Shown: positions 45,930 through 54,816 of the stretch, one piece after another
Layout: every line of letters starts with the position of its first letter
Numbering within the stretch: the stretch's first letter is position 1
Origin: an uncultured bacterium
GTDB lineage: Bacteria > Deinococcota > Deinococci > Deinococcales > Marinithermaceae
NCBI GenBank assembly: GCA_964469895.1
Contig: CAYYAB010000001.1
Span: 1,695-65,694 of the forward strand
Reading direction: 5' to 3'
Length of the DNA: 64,000 nucleotides
Program-made: the position numbers and the translations under genes
The notes under the pieces: generated by a model
Database searches by the model: none
Seen by the model: the letters and a program-made list of their open reading frames with translations, nothing else
What the model was told of the DNA's origin: nothing

Positions 45930-47282
45930 CTAGGATTCCCTTTCCAAAAGCCGCCTCACCGCTTCCCGCCCGTCCCGCACCACCTCGGGGATTCCCACCC
46001 CGCGGTAGGCGGCGCCGGCCAGGGCGAGACCCGGGTAGGCCCTTTCGGCCTCCTCGATCCGGGCCACCCGCCCTGCGTGGCCCACGGTGTAGGCCGGCAT
46101 GCCCTTTTCAAAACGGCCCACCCAGGCGCGAAGAACCGGGGGAAGCTTGCCAAGGAGTCTTTTTAAGTCGGAAAGGGCGAGCGCTTTCTGCTCCTCGGGT
46201 TCGGCCTCCGCCTCCCTCCCTGAGAAGTAGGCCCGGGCCAGCGCCATCCCCTCCGGCGCCCGGTGGGGCCACTTCTGGTCGAGCCAGGTAAAGCCGCGGG
46301 CGGAAAACCCCTCACCCCGGGCGAAGAGGATCCCGTGGCCCTCGCGGGGGGGCATCTTCGCCTTCTCGAAGGCGAAGGTCACGGTGGCGGCGGAGTGGTA
46401 GGGGATTTCGGTGAGGGCGTCCAGCGCGTCGAAGCCCAGGGGACGAAGGAGCTCGGCGGTTTGGGGGGCCGGGGTGGTAAGCACGAGCAACCTGGTCTCG
46501 ATCGGCCCCTCGTTCGTCCTCACCCGGTAGCCGGAGGCAAGCACCTCGATGCTCTCGGCGCGGACCCCGGTTTTGAGCGACCCGCCGAGTTCCCGGGCTA
46601 GGGCCTCCGGGAGCTCGCCGAGCCCCTCCCTAAAGGAGACAAAGAGCGAGCCTTTCTCCCGGCTTGCCCGCCGCTTTTTCATCGCCTTTAGCGAGCCGAG
46701 GATCAGGCTCCGGTGCTCTTTTTCGAGTTTTTTTAGCTGGGGGAAGGCGGCGAGCAGGGATAGCGCCTCCGGGTCCCCGCCGTAAATGCCGCCGGTGAGC
46801 GGGGCCGCCAGCCGTTCCCAGACCTCTTTTCCGAGGCGGCGTTGGATAAAGCGCCCGAACGCTTCGTCGCCCTCCGGACCCCGGGGAAGGACGAGGTCGA
46901 GGGCGGCCCGGAGCTTACCCAAAGGGGAAAGGAGCGGGGTCTTGACGAGCGGTCCGAGGCGGGAGGGGATGACCACGTTCAGCCCCTCGGGTAGAGGATG
47001 GCCGCGGCCACCGGTGTAGATGAGGGCGGCGGGCTTTGCCGGTAGGGTGCCAACGATCTCGCCTTCCAGCCCGAGCTCTTGGGCGAGGGCGAGGGCCCAG
47101 GGCTTGTAGCGCACCACCGCGTCGGGGCCGGCCTCGACGACGAAGCCCGCATCCCGGATCGTCTGCACCTTGCCCCCGGGGCGGGCGGCCTCGAGCACGA
47201 GTACGTTGAGGCCCCGCCGCTTCGCCTCGTACCCGGCGGCGAGGCCGGCCATGCCGCCGCCTACGACGACGAGGTCGACCAC
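45930..47282 (-). CDS. hemY: protoporphyrinogen / coproporphyrinogen III oxidase (HemY/CgoX, FAD-dependent)
   Basis: N-terminal VVVGGGMAGLAAGYEAKRRGLNVLVLEA and a C-terminal GAAYRGVGIP motif. Synteny with hemH and hemE. Confidence 0.88.
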   Translation of the reverse strand: MVDLVVVGGGMAGLAAGYEAKRRGLNVLVLEAARPGGKVQTIRDAGFVVEAGPDAVVRYKPWALALAQELGLEGEIVGTLPAKPAALIYTGGRGHPLPEGLNVVIPSRLGPLVKTPLLSPLGKLRAALDLVLPRGPEGDEAFGRFIQRRLGKEVWERLAAPLTGGIYGGDPEALSLLAAFPQLKKLEKEHRSLILGSLKAMKKRRASREKGSLFVSFREGLGELPEALARELGGSLKTGVRAESIEVLASGYRVRTNEGPIETRLLVLTTPAPQTAELLRPLGFDALDALTEIPYHSAATVTFAFEKAKMPPREGHGILFARGEGFSARGFTWLDQKWPHRAPEGMALARAYFSGREAEAEPEEQKALALSDLKRLLGKLPPVLRAWVGRFEKGMPAYTVGHAGRVARIEEAERAYPGLALAGAAYRGVGIPEVVRDGREAVRRLLERES

Positions 47283-48235
47283 GAAAGGACCGCCTCCTCC
47301 ACGATGGCGGCGAGGGCCTGGGCGTAGTCGAGCCCGGCGTTCAAGGAGGGGGCGCGCACCAGGCGGATCCCCACCCGCTCGGCGGTCTGCATCGCCTCGT
47401 AGTCGAGGTCGTAGAAGACCTCGAGGTGGTCGGCGGGGAAGCCGATGGCGGCGACGAGCACCTCTTGGAAGCCCTCCTTCGCGAGGGTCTCGATCACCTC
47501 GTTGACGTCGGGGCCGAGCCAGGCCTCCTCGGTGCGCCCGGCGGACTGGTAGACGAGGCGGTAGCTTTCAATCCCAAGAAGGCGGGCGATACCCCGGGCG
47601 GTGGCCTCGAGTTGCTTGGGGTAGACGCCGCCGTCCTTTTCCACCGAGCGAAGCGGCACCGAGTGGGCGGAGAAGAGCACCGCCGCCCGCTTCGGGTCCT
47701 GGAGCCGCCAAAGGCCCTCGAGCACCCGCTCGGCCTGGGCCTTTAGGTAGGCGGGGTGCTCGGCGTAGCTCGGGATCATCTTGAAGGCGAAGGGGTGCCC
47801 CAGCTTTTCCAGGGCCTCCCGGGCCCGTTCCTCGTACTCGGCGATCGAGCGGGCGGAGTAGTGGGGGGCCGCGACGAGCCCCACCGCCCGCTGGACCCCG
47901 GCCTCGGCCATGGCGGCGACGGCGTCTTGGATCGTGGGGTGAGAGTGCTTGGTGCCCACGAAGACCCGGGGGCCGGTGTCCTCCCGGGGCGGGGGCGGGG
48001 TGCTAAGGCCTTTGGCATAGTAGGGATGGTTAAGGCGGAGCAAGGCCTCGAGCTTGCGCGCAAGGGCGTGGGTGATTTCATTCAAAGGGCTTTTCCCAAT
48101 GTGCCGGTAGCGGGCCTTGAGCTCTTCGAGCAGGGGTGGCGGCGGGGGGTGGCCGTGTCGGATGTCGGTGTAGTAGGGGAGGATTTCCTCCTCGCTGTAG
48201 GGCGTGCCGTAGTACATGAAAAGAACGTCGGTCAT
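47261..48235 (-). CDS. hemH: ferrochelatase (or coproporphyrin ferrochelatase)
   Basis: YGTPYSEEEILPYYTDIRHG, LFSAHSVP and GFPADHLEVFYDLD motifs. Confidence 0.92.
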   Translation of the reverse strand: MTDVLFMYYGTPYSEEEILPYYTDIRHGHPPPPPLLEELKARYRHIGKSPLNEITHALARKLEALLRLNHPYYAKGLSTPPPPREDTGPRVFVGTKHSHPTIQDAVAAMAEAGVQRAVGLVAAPHYSARSIAEYEERAREALEKLGHPFAFKMIPSYAEHPAYLKAQAERVLEGLWRLQDPKRAAVLFSAHSVPLRSVEKDGGVYPKQLEATARGIARLLGIESYRLVYQSAGRTEEAWLGPDVNEVIETLAKEGFQEVLVAAIGFPADHLEVFYDLDYEAMQTAERVGIRLVRAPSLNAGLDYAQALAAIVEEAVLSWSTSSS

Positions 48236-49248
48236 CCTTGGGTCCTTTCGTGCACGTGCTCGACCACGCGGCGGACGTTCTCCTCCGGCGTTCCGGGAAG
48301 GATGCCGTGGCCGAGGTTAAAGATGTGGCCGGGCCGGCCGAGGTTTGCCTCCAGCACCTGGTCCACGCCAGCCAGGAGCACTTCCTCCGGAGCAAAGAGC
48401 CGGGCGGGGTCGAGGTTGCCCTGGACCGGGGTCCCCCCGAGCCGTTCGCGGGCCTCGTCCAGGGGCGTGGTGGTGTCGACGCCGATGGCGTCGCCGCCGG
48501 CTTCCTTCATGAGCTCGAGGAGGTGGTTCGTGCCGGTGCCGAAGTGAATGGTGGGACGCAGGCCCTCGAGCTCCTTAAAAAGCATCGCGGTGGGCCTTCG
48601 GACATAGGTCGCGTAGTCCTCCCGGGTGAGCCGTCCCACCCAGGAGTCGAAGACCATGAGCACGTCGGCGCCGGCCTGGGCCTGGGCCTTTAGGTAGGCG
48701 GCCATGGCCCGCGCCAGGTGGGAAAGGAGCGCTTCGAAAGCTCTCGGGTGGTGGTACATGAAACGCTTGGTGGCCACGAAGTGCTTCGAGGGCCCTCCCT
48801 CGATCAGGTAAGAGGCGAGGGTGAAGGGGGCGCCGGCGAAGCCGATCAGGGGGACCTCGAGCTCGGCCTTCAGCATCCGGATGGCCTCGAGCACATAGGG
48901 CGTTTCCTCTTCGGCCGAGAACTCCCGGAGCCTTTTTAAGTCCCCGGGGCTTCGAATGGGGTTTTCGACGACGGGCCCCTTTCCCTCGACGAGCTTCGTG
49001 GGAAAGCCGAGGCCGGAAAAGGGCGTGGAAAGGTCGGCGAAGAGGATTGCCGCGTCCACCCCGAGTTTTTCCACCGGCAGCAGGGTGACGTACGTGGTGA
49101 GTTCCGGGTTTTGCACGATCGCCTCGATCGTGTATTGCTCCCGAAGCTTGCGGTACTCGGCCTGGTAGCGCCCGGCCTGGCGCATGAACCAGACCGGGGT
49201 GTAAGGGGTGGGCTCGCCCCGTAGCGCCCGCAGGAGAACGTCGTTCAC
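48232..49248 (-). CDS. hemE: uroporphyrinogen decarboxylase
   Basis: Start chosen at GTG 49248 (MNDVLLRALRGEPTPYTPVWFMRQAGRY), which avoids overlap with tyrA. Classical HemE N-terminal motif. Confidence 0.92.
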   Translation of the reverse strand: MNDVLLRALRGEPTPYTPVWFMRQAGRYQAEYRKLREQYTIEAIVQNPELTTYVTLLPVEKLGVDAAILFADLSTPFSGLGFPTKLVEGKGPVVENPIRSPGDLKRLREFSAEEETPYVLEAIRMLKAELEVPLIGFAGAPFTLASYLIEGGPSKHFVATKRFMYHHPRAFEALLSHLARAMAAYLKAQAQAGADVLMVFDSWVGRLTREDYATYVRRPTAMLFKELEGLRPTIHFGTGTNHLLELMKEAGGDAIGVDTTTPLDEARERLGGTPVQGNLDPARLFAPEEVLLAGVDQVLEANLGRPGHIFNLGHGILPGTPEENVRRVVEHVHERTQG

Positions 49249-49258
49249 GACGGCGATT

Positions 49259-50344
49259 TTACCCCGGGGAAACGACCCGGTAGCCGATGCCCTCCAAGAC
49301 CCTCCTGGCAGCGGCCTTTTCGCCGGGCTCGGCGAACCCAAGCCGGATCGCGCCGCCCGCGTCCCGGATGGTGAGGACCTCGATGTCCTTGATGTTCACC
49401 CCGGCCTCGCCCAAGGCGGTGGTGATGCGGGCGAGCTCGCCGGGGCGGTCGGGCACCTGGACCACGAGCTCGTGGCGGACCGGGAGGAGGCTCCGCTTCA
49501 CCACCGGGAGGGCATCCCGGGTGCGCTTGGCTTCTTCGGCGAGGCGGATGAATGCCTCGGGGTGCTCGAGCGCCGCCTCGAGCTCCTCGAGCACCGCCCT
49601 GAGGTCTGCGAGCGCCTCCCGCACCGCCTCCCGGTTCTCCACCACCATGTCCCGGCTCATCCGGGGGCTACCCGAGGCCACCCGGGTGAGGTCGCGAAAC
49701 CCCCCCGCGGCGAGAAACATGAGCAGGTCCTTCTTTTCGTCGCGGGAGACGAGCAGGTTCAGCGCGACCGCGAGCAGGTAGGGAAGGTGGCTCACCCGGG
49801 CAACGAGACGGTCGTGCAGCTCGGGGTCGAGGACGAGGGGGTAGGCTCCGAGCTCGTTCACCAGGGTTTCCGCCTCCTCGAGGTCGGCGGGGTCGGTTTC
49901 CTCGGTCGGGGTTAGAACCCAAACCGCGTTTTCCAAAAGCCCGGCGTGGGCGTTTTGCACCCCGGCCCGCTCGCTACCCGCCATGGGGTGGCCGCCCACG
50001 AAGCGGGGGAGGCCTTTGGCGGCCCGTACCACCGGGCCCTTCACGCTCCCCACGTCGGTAAAAAGCGTGCCTTCTCCGGCGTAGGGGCGAATCGCTTCGA
50101 TCAGCGCGGGAATCGCCCCCACCGGGGCGGCGAGCACGGCGAGGTCGAGCTCGCCCACCCAGGGGCCCAGCTCGGTGTGGGCCCGGTCGGCGGCGCCGAG
50201 GGCGAGGGCGGCCTCGAGGGCGCGGGGGTCGCGGTCGTAGGTGTGGACCTCGCCGGCGAGGAATCGGCTCTTCAGACCCAGCGCCACCGAGCCGCCAAGG
50301 AGCCCAACCCCGAAGATCCCAACCTTAGCGTACCGGGGCTGCAT
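49259..50344 (-). CDS. tyrA: prephenate dehydrogenase with C-terminal ACT domain
   Basis: Rossmann motif VGIFGVGLLGGSVALGL, HPMAGSE, and the C-terminal ACT-like VQVPDRPGELARITTALGEAGVNI. Confidence 0.9.
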   Translation of the reverse strand: MQPRYAKVGIFGVGLLGGSVALGLKSRFLAGEVHTYDRDPRALEAALALGAADRAHTELGPWVGELDLAVLAAPVGAIPALIEAIRPYAGEGTLFTDVGSVKGPVVRAAKGLPRFVGGHPMAGSERAGVQNAHAGLLENAVWVLTPTEETDPADLEEAETLVNELGAYPLVLDPELHDRLVARVSHLPYLLAVALNLLVSRDEKKDLLMFLAAGGFRDLTRVASGSPRMSRDMVVENREAVREALADLRAVLEELEAALEHPEAFIRLAEEAKRTRDALPVVKRSLLPVRHELVVQVPDRPGELARITTALGEAGVNIKDIEVLTIRDAGGAIRLGFAEPGEKAAARRVLEGIGYRVVSPG

Positions 50345-51359
50345 CGAACGCCTTGCCCACCGCCGGCAGGAGGGCCTTGACCCGGCTCATGAACTCGGCG
50401 AACTCCTCCTCGGTGAGTTGCTGGGCGGCGTCGGAGCGGGCTTCCTTGGGGTTCGGGTGGGTTTCGACGATGAGGCCGTCGGCGCCCGCCGCCACCCCGG
50501 CCAGCGCAAGCGGGGTCACCCACTCGCGCTTGCCGGCGGGGTGACTGGGGTCGATCCAGACCGGCAGGTGGGTCCAGGACTTGAGCACCGGAACCGCCGA
50601 GACGTCGAGGGTGAACCGGGTCGCCTTCTCGAAGGTGCGGATACCCCGCTCCACCAGGATCACCCGCTCGTTCCCCTCGGCGAGGATGTATTCCGCGCTC
50701 ATCAGGAACTCTTCGAGCGTCATGCTCATCCCGCGTTTTAAGAGCACCGGCTTCCCGGAACGCCCGGCCTCTTTCAAGAGGGCGAAGTTTTGGGCGTTCC
50801 GGGCGCCGATCTGGAGCATGTCGGCGTACTCGGCGACGAGCTCCACCTTATCGGGGCTCGTCACCTCGGTGACCACCGGGAGACCGGTCTCCGCCCGGGC
50901 CTCGGCCAAGATCTTGAGCCCCTCTTCGCCAAGTCCCTGGAAGGAGTAAGGGCTAGTGCGGGGTTTGAAGGCGCCGCCCCTTAGCATCTGGGCGCCGTGA
51001 TGCTTGACGTAGCGGGCGGCGGTGAGCGTTTGCTCCCGGGACTCCACCCCGCAGGGGCCGGCTGCCACCATGAAGTGGCCGCCGCCGGTTTTGCCGGTGG
51101 GAAAAGCCACCACCGTGGGCAGGGGGTGCACCTCGAGGCTCGCAAGCTTATATGGCTTCGAGATCCGGATGACCTCGGCTACGTAGGGCAGGGCCCTAAA
51201 GTGCTCCATGATCTCGGGAGTCGGGCCCTTGCCCACCGCCCCCACCAGGGTGGTCTCGACGCCCTGGGAGACGTGGGGACGAAAGCCGAAGCGCGCGAGC
51301 TCCCGCTTCAGTTCCTCAAGCGCCTCTTCCCCAGCTTCCTTTTTCAATACGATCAGCAT
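50325..51359 (-). CDS. aroF: 3-deoxy-7-phosphoheptulonate (DAHP) synthase, type I-beta with N-terminal ferredoxin-like regulatory domain
   Basis: N-terminal MLIVLKKEAG..FRPHVSQGVETTLVGAVG domain as in the Thermotoga-type enzyme, followed by AGPCGVES, GAFKPRTSPYSFQG and DPSH motifs. Confidence 0.9.
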   Translation of the reverse strand: MLIVLKKEAGEEALEELKRELARFGFRPHVSQGVETTLVGAVGKGPTPEIMEHFRALPYVAEVIRISKPYKLASLEVHPLPTVVAFPTGKTGGGHFMVAAGPCGVESREQTLTAARYVKHHGAQMLRGGAFKPRTSPYSFQGLGEEGLKILAEARAETGLPVVTEVTSPDKVELVAEYADMLQIGARNAQNFALLKEAGRSGKPVLLKRGMSMTLEEFLMSAEYILAEGNERVILVERGIRTFEKATRFTLDVSAVPVLKSWTHLPVWIDPSHPAGKREWVTPLALAGVAAGADGLIVETHPNPKEARSDAAQQLTEEEFAEFMSRVKALLPAVGKAFDAAPVR

Positions 51360-51397
51360 GGTTCAACCTCGGTTCCGTCGGGTTTTAAAAAGGGGGC

Positions 51398-51516
51398 CTA
51401 GTGCCGCGCCGTCTTCCGAGAGGGGGAATAGCCGGGATAGCCGTCTTCCACGCCCATCCCCCCTTTCCTTGCGGCGCTCATGCTGCAAAGTTATGCCTCT
51501 TTTGCGCCGGTGTCAA
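51398..51516 (-). promoter_or_regulatory. promoter plus 27-codon mini-ORF with two Tyr codons upstream of aroF-tyrA (candidate leader)
   Basis: On the minus strand: TTGACA (51516-51511), 17 nt, TAACTT (51493-51488), 6 nt, then ATG (51481) .. TAG (51400-51398) encoding MSAARKGGMGVEDGYPGYSPSRKTARH. The direct repeat GGAAGACGGC occurs twice. The stop is followed by GCCCCCTTTTT. Confidence 0.35.
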
Positions 51517-51889
51517 GCGGGACCACCGCCAGCGTCACCCGGGCGACGGAGATCCGCTGGCCTTCCTCGTCGCGGATCTCGACCTGCCACACCTGGAGCC
51601 GCCGCCCCACCCTAAGGGGATTTGCCTCGGCGTAGACCACGCCGCTTTGCTTTTTTCGTAGGTGGCTCGCGTTGATCTCGACGCCGAAGGCGGCGTGCCC
51701 CTCGGGGACGTGGAGGTGGGCGGCGAAGCTCGCGAGGTGCTCGGCCAGGGCCACGCTCGCGCCCCCGTGGAGGAACCCTAGGGGCTGGTGGTGGGCGGGC
51801 GTCACCGGCATCCGGGCCCGCGCCCGCGTTTTGGAAAGCTCCAGGATCTCGATCGAGAGCGTTTTTCCGAGTCCCCCTTCAAGGTCCAT
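51491..51889 (-). CDS. PaaI/YbdB-type hotdog-fold thioesterase
   Basis: HQPLGFLHGGASVALAEH is the PaaI-family motif. Confidence 0.82.
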   Translation of the reverse strand: MDLEGGLGKTLSIEILELSKTRARARMPVTPAHHQPLGFLHGGASVALAEHLASFAAHLHVPEGHAAFGVEINASHLRKKQSGVVYAEANPLRVGRRLQVWQVEIRDEEGQRISVARVTLAVVPLDTGAKEA

Positions 51890-51914
51890 GGGCCGATTAT
51901 GCCAGGATGGAGGC

Positions 51915-52685
51915 GTGGAAACGATCGTCTTCCTCCCCGGCTACCTAAGCCCGCCCGCGGGGTTTTCCGCCTTTCGGGAGGCCTTCCCCGCGTATCGCCT
52001 CCTGGAGGCGGAGCCCCATCCCACGCCCGCCCAGGCGGAAAAGGCGTGGCGGGGCCGGGTTCCTGAAGGGGCCCACCTGGTGGCCTTCTCCGAGGCTTGC
52101 GTCGCCGCCGTTCGGATCGCCCCCGAGGTCGGGGCGAAGAGCCTCGTGCTCTTTTCCCCCTACTTTCGGGTGGACGACGCCCTCCTCGCCCGGCTAAGGG
52201 CGCTCCGGGAGGCCTACGCGCGGGGCGGCCATTCCGCCTTCGTGACCGCCGCCGCACCTTGGTTCTTTGGTTCCTTGCTCCTCGGGCGGGGCCAGGCCCA
52301 GATCGAGGCCTGGGCCAAGGGGCTAGAGGGGCGCGACCTGGAAGCCTGGCTCGAGGGGCTTCTCTCGCTTGGCGACGTGCGCAAGTGGCTTCGCCGCCTG
52401 GAGCAGCCCACCCTCGTCGCCGTCGGCGCCGAGGACGTTTTCACCCCGATGCGCTACGGCCACGAGGTGACCGAGTGGGTACCCGAGCTTCGGGGGATGC
52501 TGGTGACGATCGAAGGGGCCGGGCACTTCGCCCCTTGGGAAAACCCCGCGGAGGCCGGTGCACTGGCCCGGGGCTTCGTGGAACGTTACGAGGACTTTCT
52601 CAAGGGGCCGGTTCACTGGCGGGAGGAGGAAGAAGACGCGGGGGGGAAGCCGCTTCTTCGCTTCGAGCCGGAGGCGCCTTCCTGA
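51915..52685 (+). CDS. alpha/beta-fold hydrolase
   Basis: Start tentatively placed at GTG 51915. Nucleophile-elbow variant AFSEA, Asp in GAEDVF, His in GAGHFAPWENP. Confidence 0.65.
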   Translation: METIVFLPGYLSPPAGFSAFREAFPAYRLLEAEPHPTPAQAEKAWRGRVPEGAHLVAFSEACVAAVRIAPEVGAKSLVLFSPYFRVDDALLARLRALREAYARGGHSAFVTAAAPWFFGSLLLGRGQAQIEAWAKGLEGRDLEAWLEGLLSLGDVRKWLRRLEQPTLVAVGAEDVFTPMRYGHEVTEWVPELRGMLVTIEGAGHFAPWENPAEAGALARGFVERYEDFLKGPVHWREEEEDAGGKPLLRFEPEAPS

Positions 52686-53044
52686 TGGCCTACATTCACC
52701 TATACGGCACCAACTTGGTTTACGACGACATCGGCGAGGGACCGGTGGTCCTTCTGCTCGGGGCCTCGGCGGAGGACTGGAAGGACCCCCTCCCCGGCGG
52801 CTTTCGCTACCTGATCCCGGACTTCCCCGGCCGCGGACGGACCGAGGGCGTGCCCCTCGGCCCCGAGGAGGAGGCGGAGTTCGTGGTGGGCCTCATCATG
52901 ATGCTGAACCTGGACGGTTATCGCGTCCTCGTGCGGGGCCACGGCGAGCGGGTGGGGGAGGTACTTCGGGATCGGATGGGGCTTGAGGCGGTTTGCCCCG
53001 CTCCCGACGCGGCCGCGATCCGGCGCTGTTTGGAGGCGGAGTAG
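52685..53044 (+). CDS. short alpha/beta-hydrolase-like N-terminal fragment protein (119 aa, probably non-catalytic)
   Basis: ATGA overlap with the upstream hydrolase. PDFPGRGRTEG is DxPGxGxS-like, but GHGER replaces GHSxG, and the cap, Asp and His are absent. Confidence 0.45.
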   Translation: MAYIHLYGTNLVYDDIGEGPVVLLLGASAEDWKDPLPGGFRYLIPDFPGRGRTEGVPLGPEEEAEFVVGLIMMLNLDGYRVLVRGHGERVGEVLRDRMGLEAVCPAPDAAAIRRCLEAE

Positions 53045-53045
53045 G

Positions 53046-54743
53046 CTACTCGCTCTCGGCCTTGCCGTTTTCGCCGAGGAGCCGCTCGACGTCGGCAGGG
53101 GCTTCCGGGGGGCCGACCAGAATCAGGGTGTCGCCGGCCTCGAGCCGGGTGTGGCCGCGAGGCACGATCACCCGGTTTGCCTTTTCCCTTAGCACCGAGA
53201 TCACCAGGACGTCGGGCGGGAGCCCGAGCTCGACGATGCGGCGCCCTACCCAGGGGTGATGTTCGTGAAGCTGCATGGCGAAGGCGATCTCGTTGCCTTC
53301 GGGGTCGAGGGGGACGGGCTGGCCGGTCTCGAGCAAGCGGGCGACCTGGGGTAGCGGCACGTCCTTGGGGATCGGAAGCCCGCGCTCGGCCAGGCTGGTG
53401 AGCGCGAGGCGGATGTACTCGTGGGCGTGGACCGGGCTGTCGATGCGCTCGGGGACTTGGGAGCGGTAGAGGGTGATCTCGGGCCGCAGGAGGATGAACG
53501 AGGTGAAGCTTGAGAGCATGAGCGGCACCAAGAGACCGTAGCCCCCGGTCATCTCGGTGACCATCACGATGGTGGAAAGGGGCGTCTTGGCGGCGGCGGC
53601 GAAGAAACTCGCCATGCCCACGAGGGCGAAGTCCACCGGGTTGAGCCCGAGCCCCGGGAAGAGCGCAGCCACCGCCTGTCCGTAGGCGCCCCCTAGGGCG
53701 GCCCCGATGAAGACGCTGGGGCCGAAGACGCCACCCGAGCCGCCGGAGCCGATGGTCAGCGAGGTGGCGACCATCTTTCCAAGCGCCATCAGGATCAAGA
53801 TCAGAAAGGGGATCTTGTTCTCGAAGACCATCTGGATCCAGCCGTAGCCGCCGGAGAGCACCTGGGGAAGGAAGGCCCCGAGCACGCCGGTAAGGAAGCC
53901 GCCGAGGGCGGGTTTTAAAAAGAGCGGAAGCTTAAGCTCTTTGAACCAGGCCTGAGTGCCGTAGAAGAGTTTGACGAAAAGCCAGGCGGCTCCGGCCGCG
54001 ATGGGCGCGAGCAGGAGATAAAGAGGGAGGACCTCCGGCTGGTTGTAGTGGTCGGCCTGGAGGCTGAAGAGCGAGCCGTAGCCGCTCACGTACCCGGCGA
54101 CCGAGTAGGCGGTGACCGCCGAGATGATGCTGGGGATTAAAACCTCGCTTTCGGAGTCGAGTTTGGAATAGAGCACCTCGGCGGCGAAGAGCGCCCCGCC
54201 CAGGGGGGCATGGAAGACCGCGCCAATGCCGCCCCCGGCGCCGGCCATGACCAGGATGCGGCGTTCGGTGTCGGAGAGCCGGAGCCAGCTTGCGGTGACC
54301 GAGGCGAGCCCGGCGCCGATCTGGGCGATCGGCCCCTCGCGGCCGCCGGAGCCGCCCGAGCCTAATGTGATCGCTGATGCCAGGGTTTTGATGATCGGGA
54401 CTTGGGGCCGAATGTAGCCGCCCTGTTCGTGGTACGAGCGGATGACCGCGTCGGTGCCGTGCCCCTCGGCCTCGGGGGCGAAGGTAAAGACCAACCAGCC
54501 GGCGATCAGCCCGCCGAGGCCGGTCACAAGGGGGATGAGGAGCCGGCTCAAGGGGCCGAACGCGGGGCCCTCGCCGGCCTCGGTCGGGGGACGGTACCGG
54601 GCGAGCCCTTCGAGAAAGAACTGATGACCGGTTTGAACCATCCAGTTGAACAGGATCGCTCCGATTCCAGCCACGATTCCAACCAAGAAGCTCAAGAGGA
54701 GAAGCCGGTACCAGTGGGTTTCGCTCGCCCGTTTCACCACCAC
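53046..54743 (-). CDS. ClC-family chloride channel with C-terminal TrkA-C (RCK_C) domain
   Basis: GSGGSGGREGPIAQIG, HAPLGGALFAAEVLY, and the C-terminal VISVLREKANRVIVPRGHTRLEAGDTLILVG. Confidence 0.88.
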   Translation of the reverse strand: MVVKRASETHWYRLLLLSFLVGIVAGIGAILFNWMVQTGHQFFLEGLARYRPPTEAGEGPAFGPLSRLLIPLVTGLGGLIAGWLVFTFAPEAEGHGTDAVIRSYHEQGGYIRPQVPIIKTLASAITLGSGGSGGREGPIAQIGAGLASVTASWLRLSDTERRILVMAGAGGGIGAVFHAPLGGALFAAEVLYSKLDSESEVLIPSIISAVTAYSVAGYVSGYGSLFSLQADHYNQPEVLPLYLLLAPIAAGAAWLFVKLFYGTQAWFKELKLPLFLKPALGGFLTGVLGAFLPQVLSGGYGWIQMVFENKIPFLILILMALGKMVATSLTIGSGGSGGVFGPSVFIGAALGGAYGQAVAALFPGLGLNPVDFALVGMASFFAAAAKTPLSTIVMVTEMTGGYGLLVPLMLSSFTSFILLRPEITLYRSQVPERIDSPVHAHEYIRLALTSLAERGLPIPKDVPLPQVARLLETGQPVPLDPEGNEIAFAMQLHEHHPWVGRRIVELGLPPDVLVISVLREKANRVIVPRGHTRLEAGDTLILVGPPEAPADVERLLGENGKAESE

Positions 54744-54816
54744 GGCGCTATTCTATGCGGATTTTTACGCACGGATGTCCCTCGCTTGGGGTAGGGTGGA
54801 GGGGGAGGTGTTGGGA

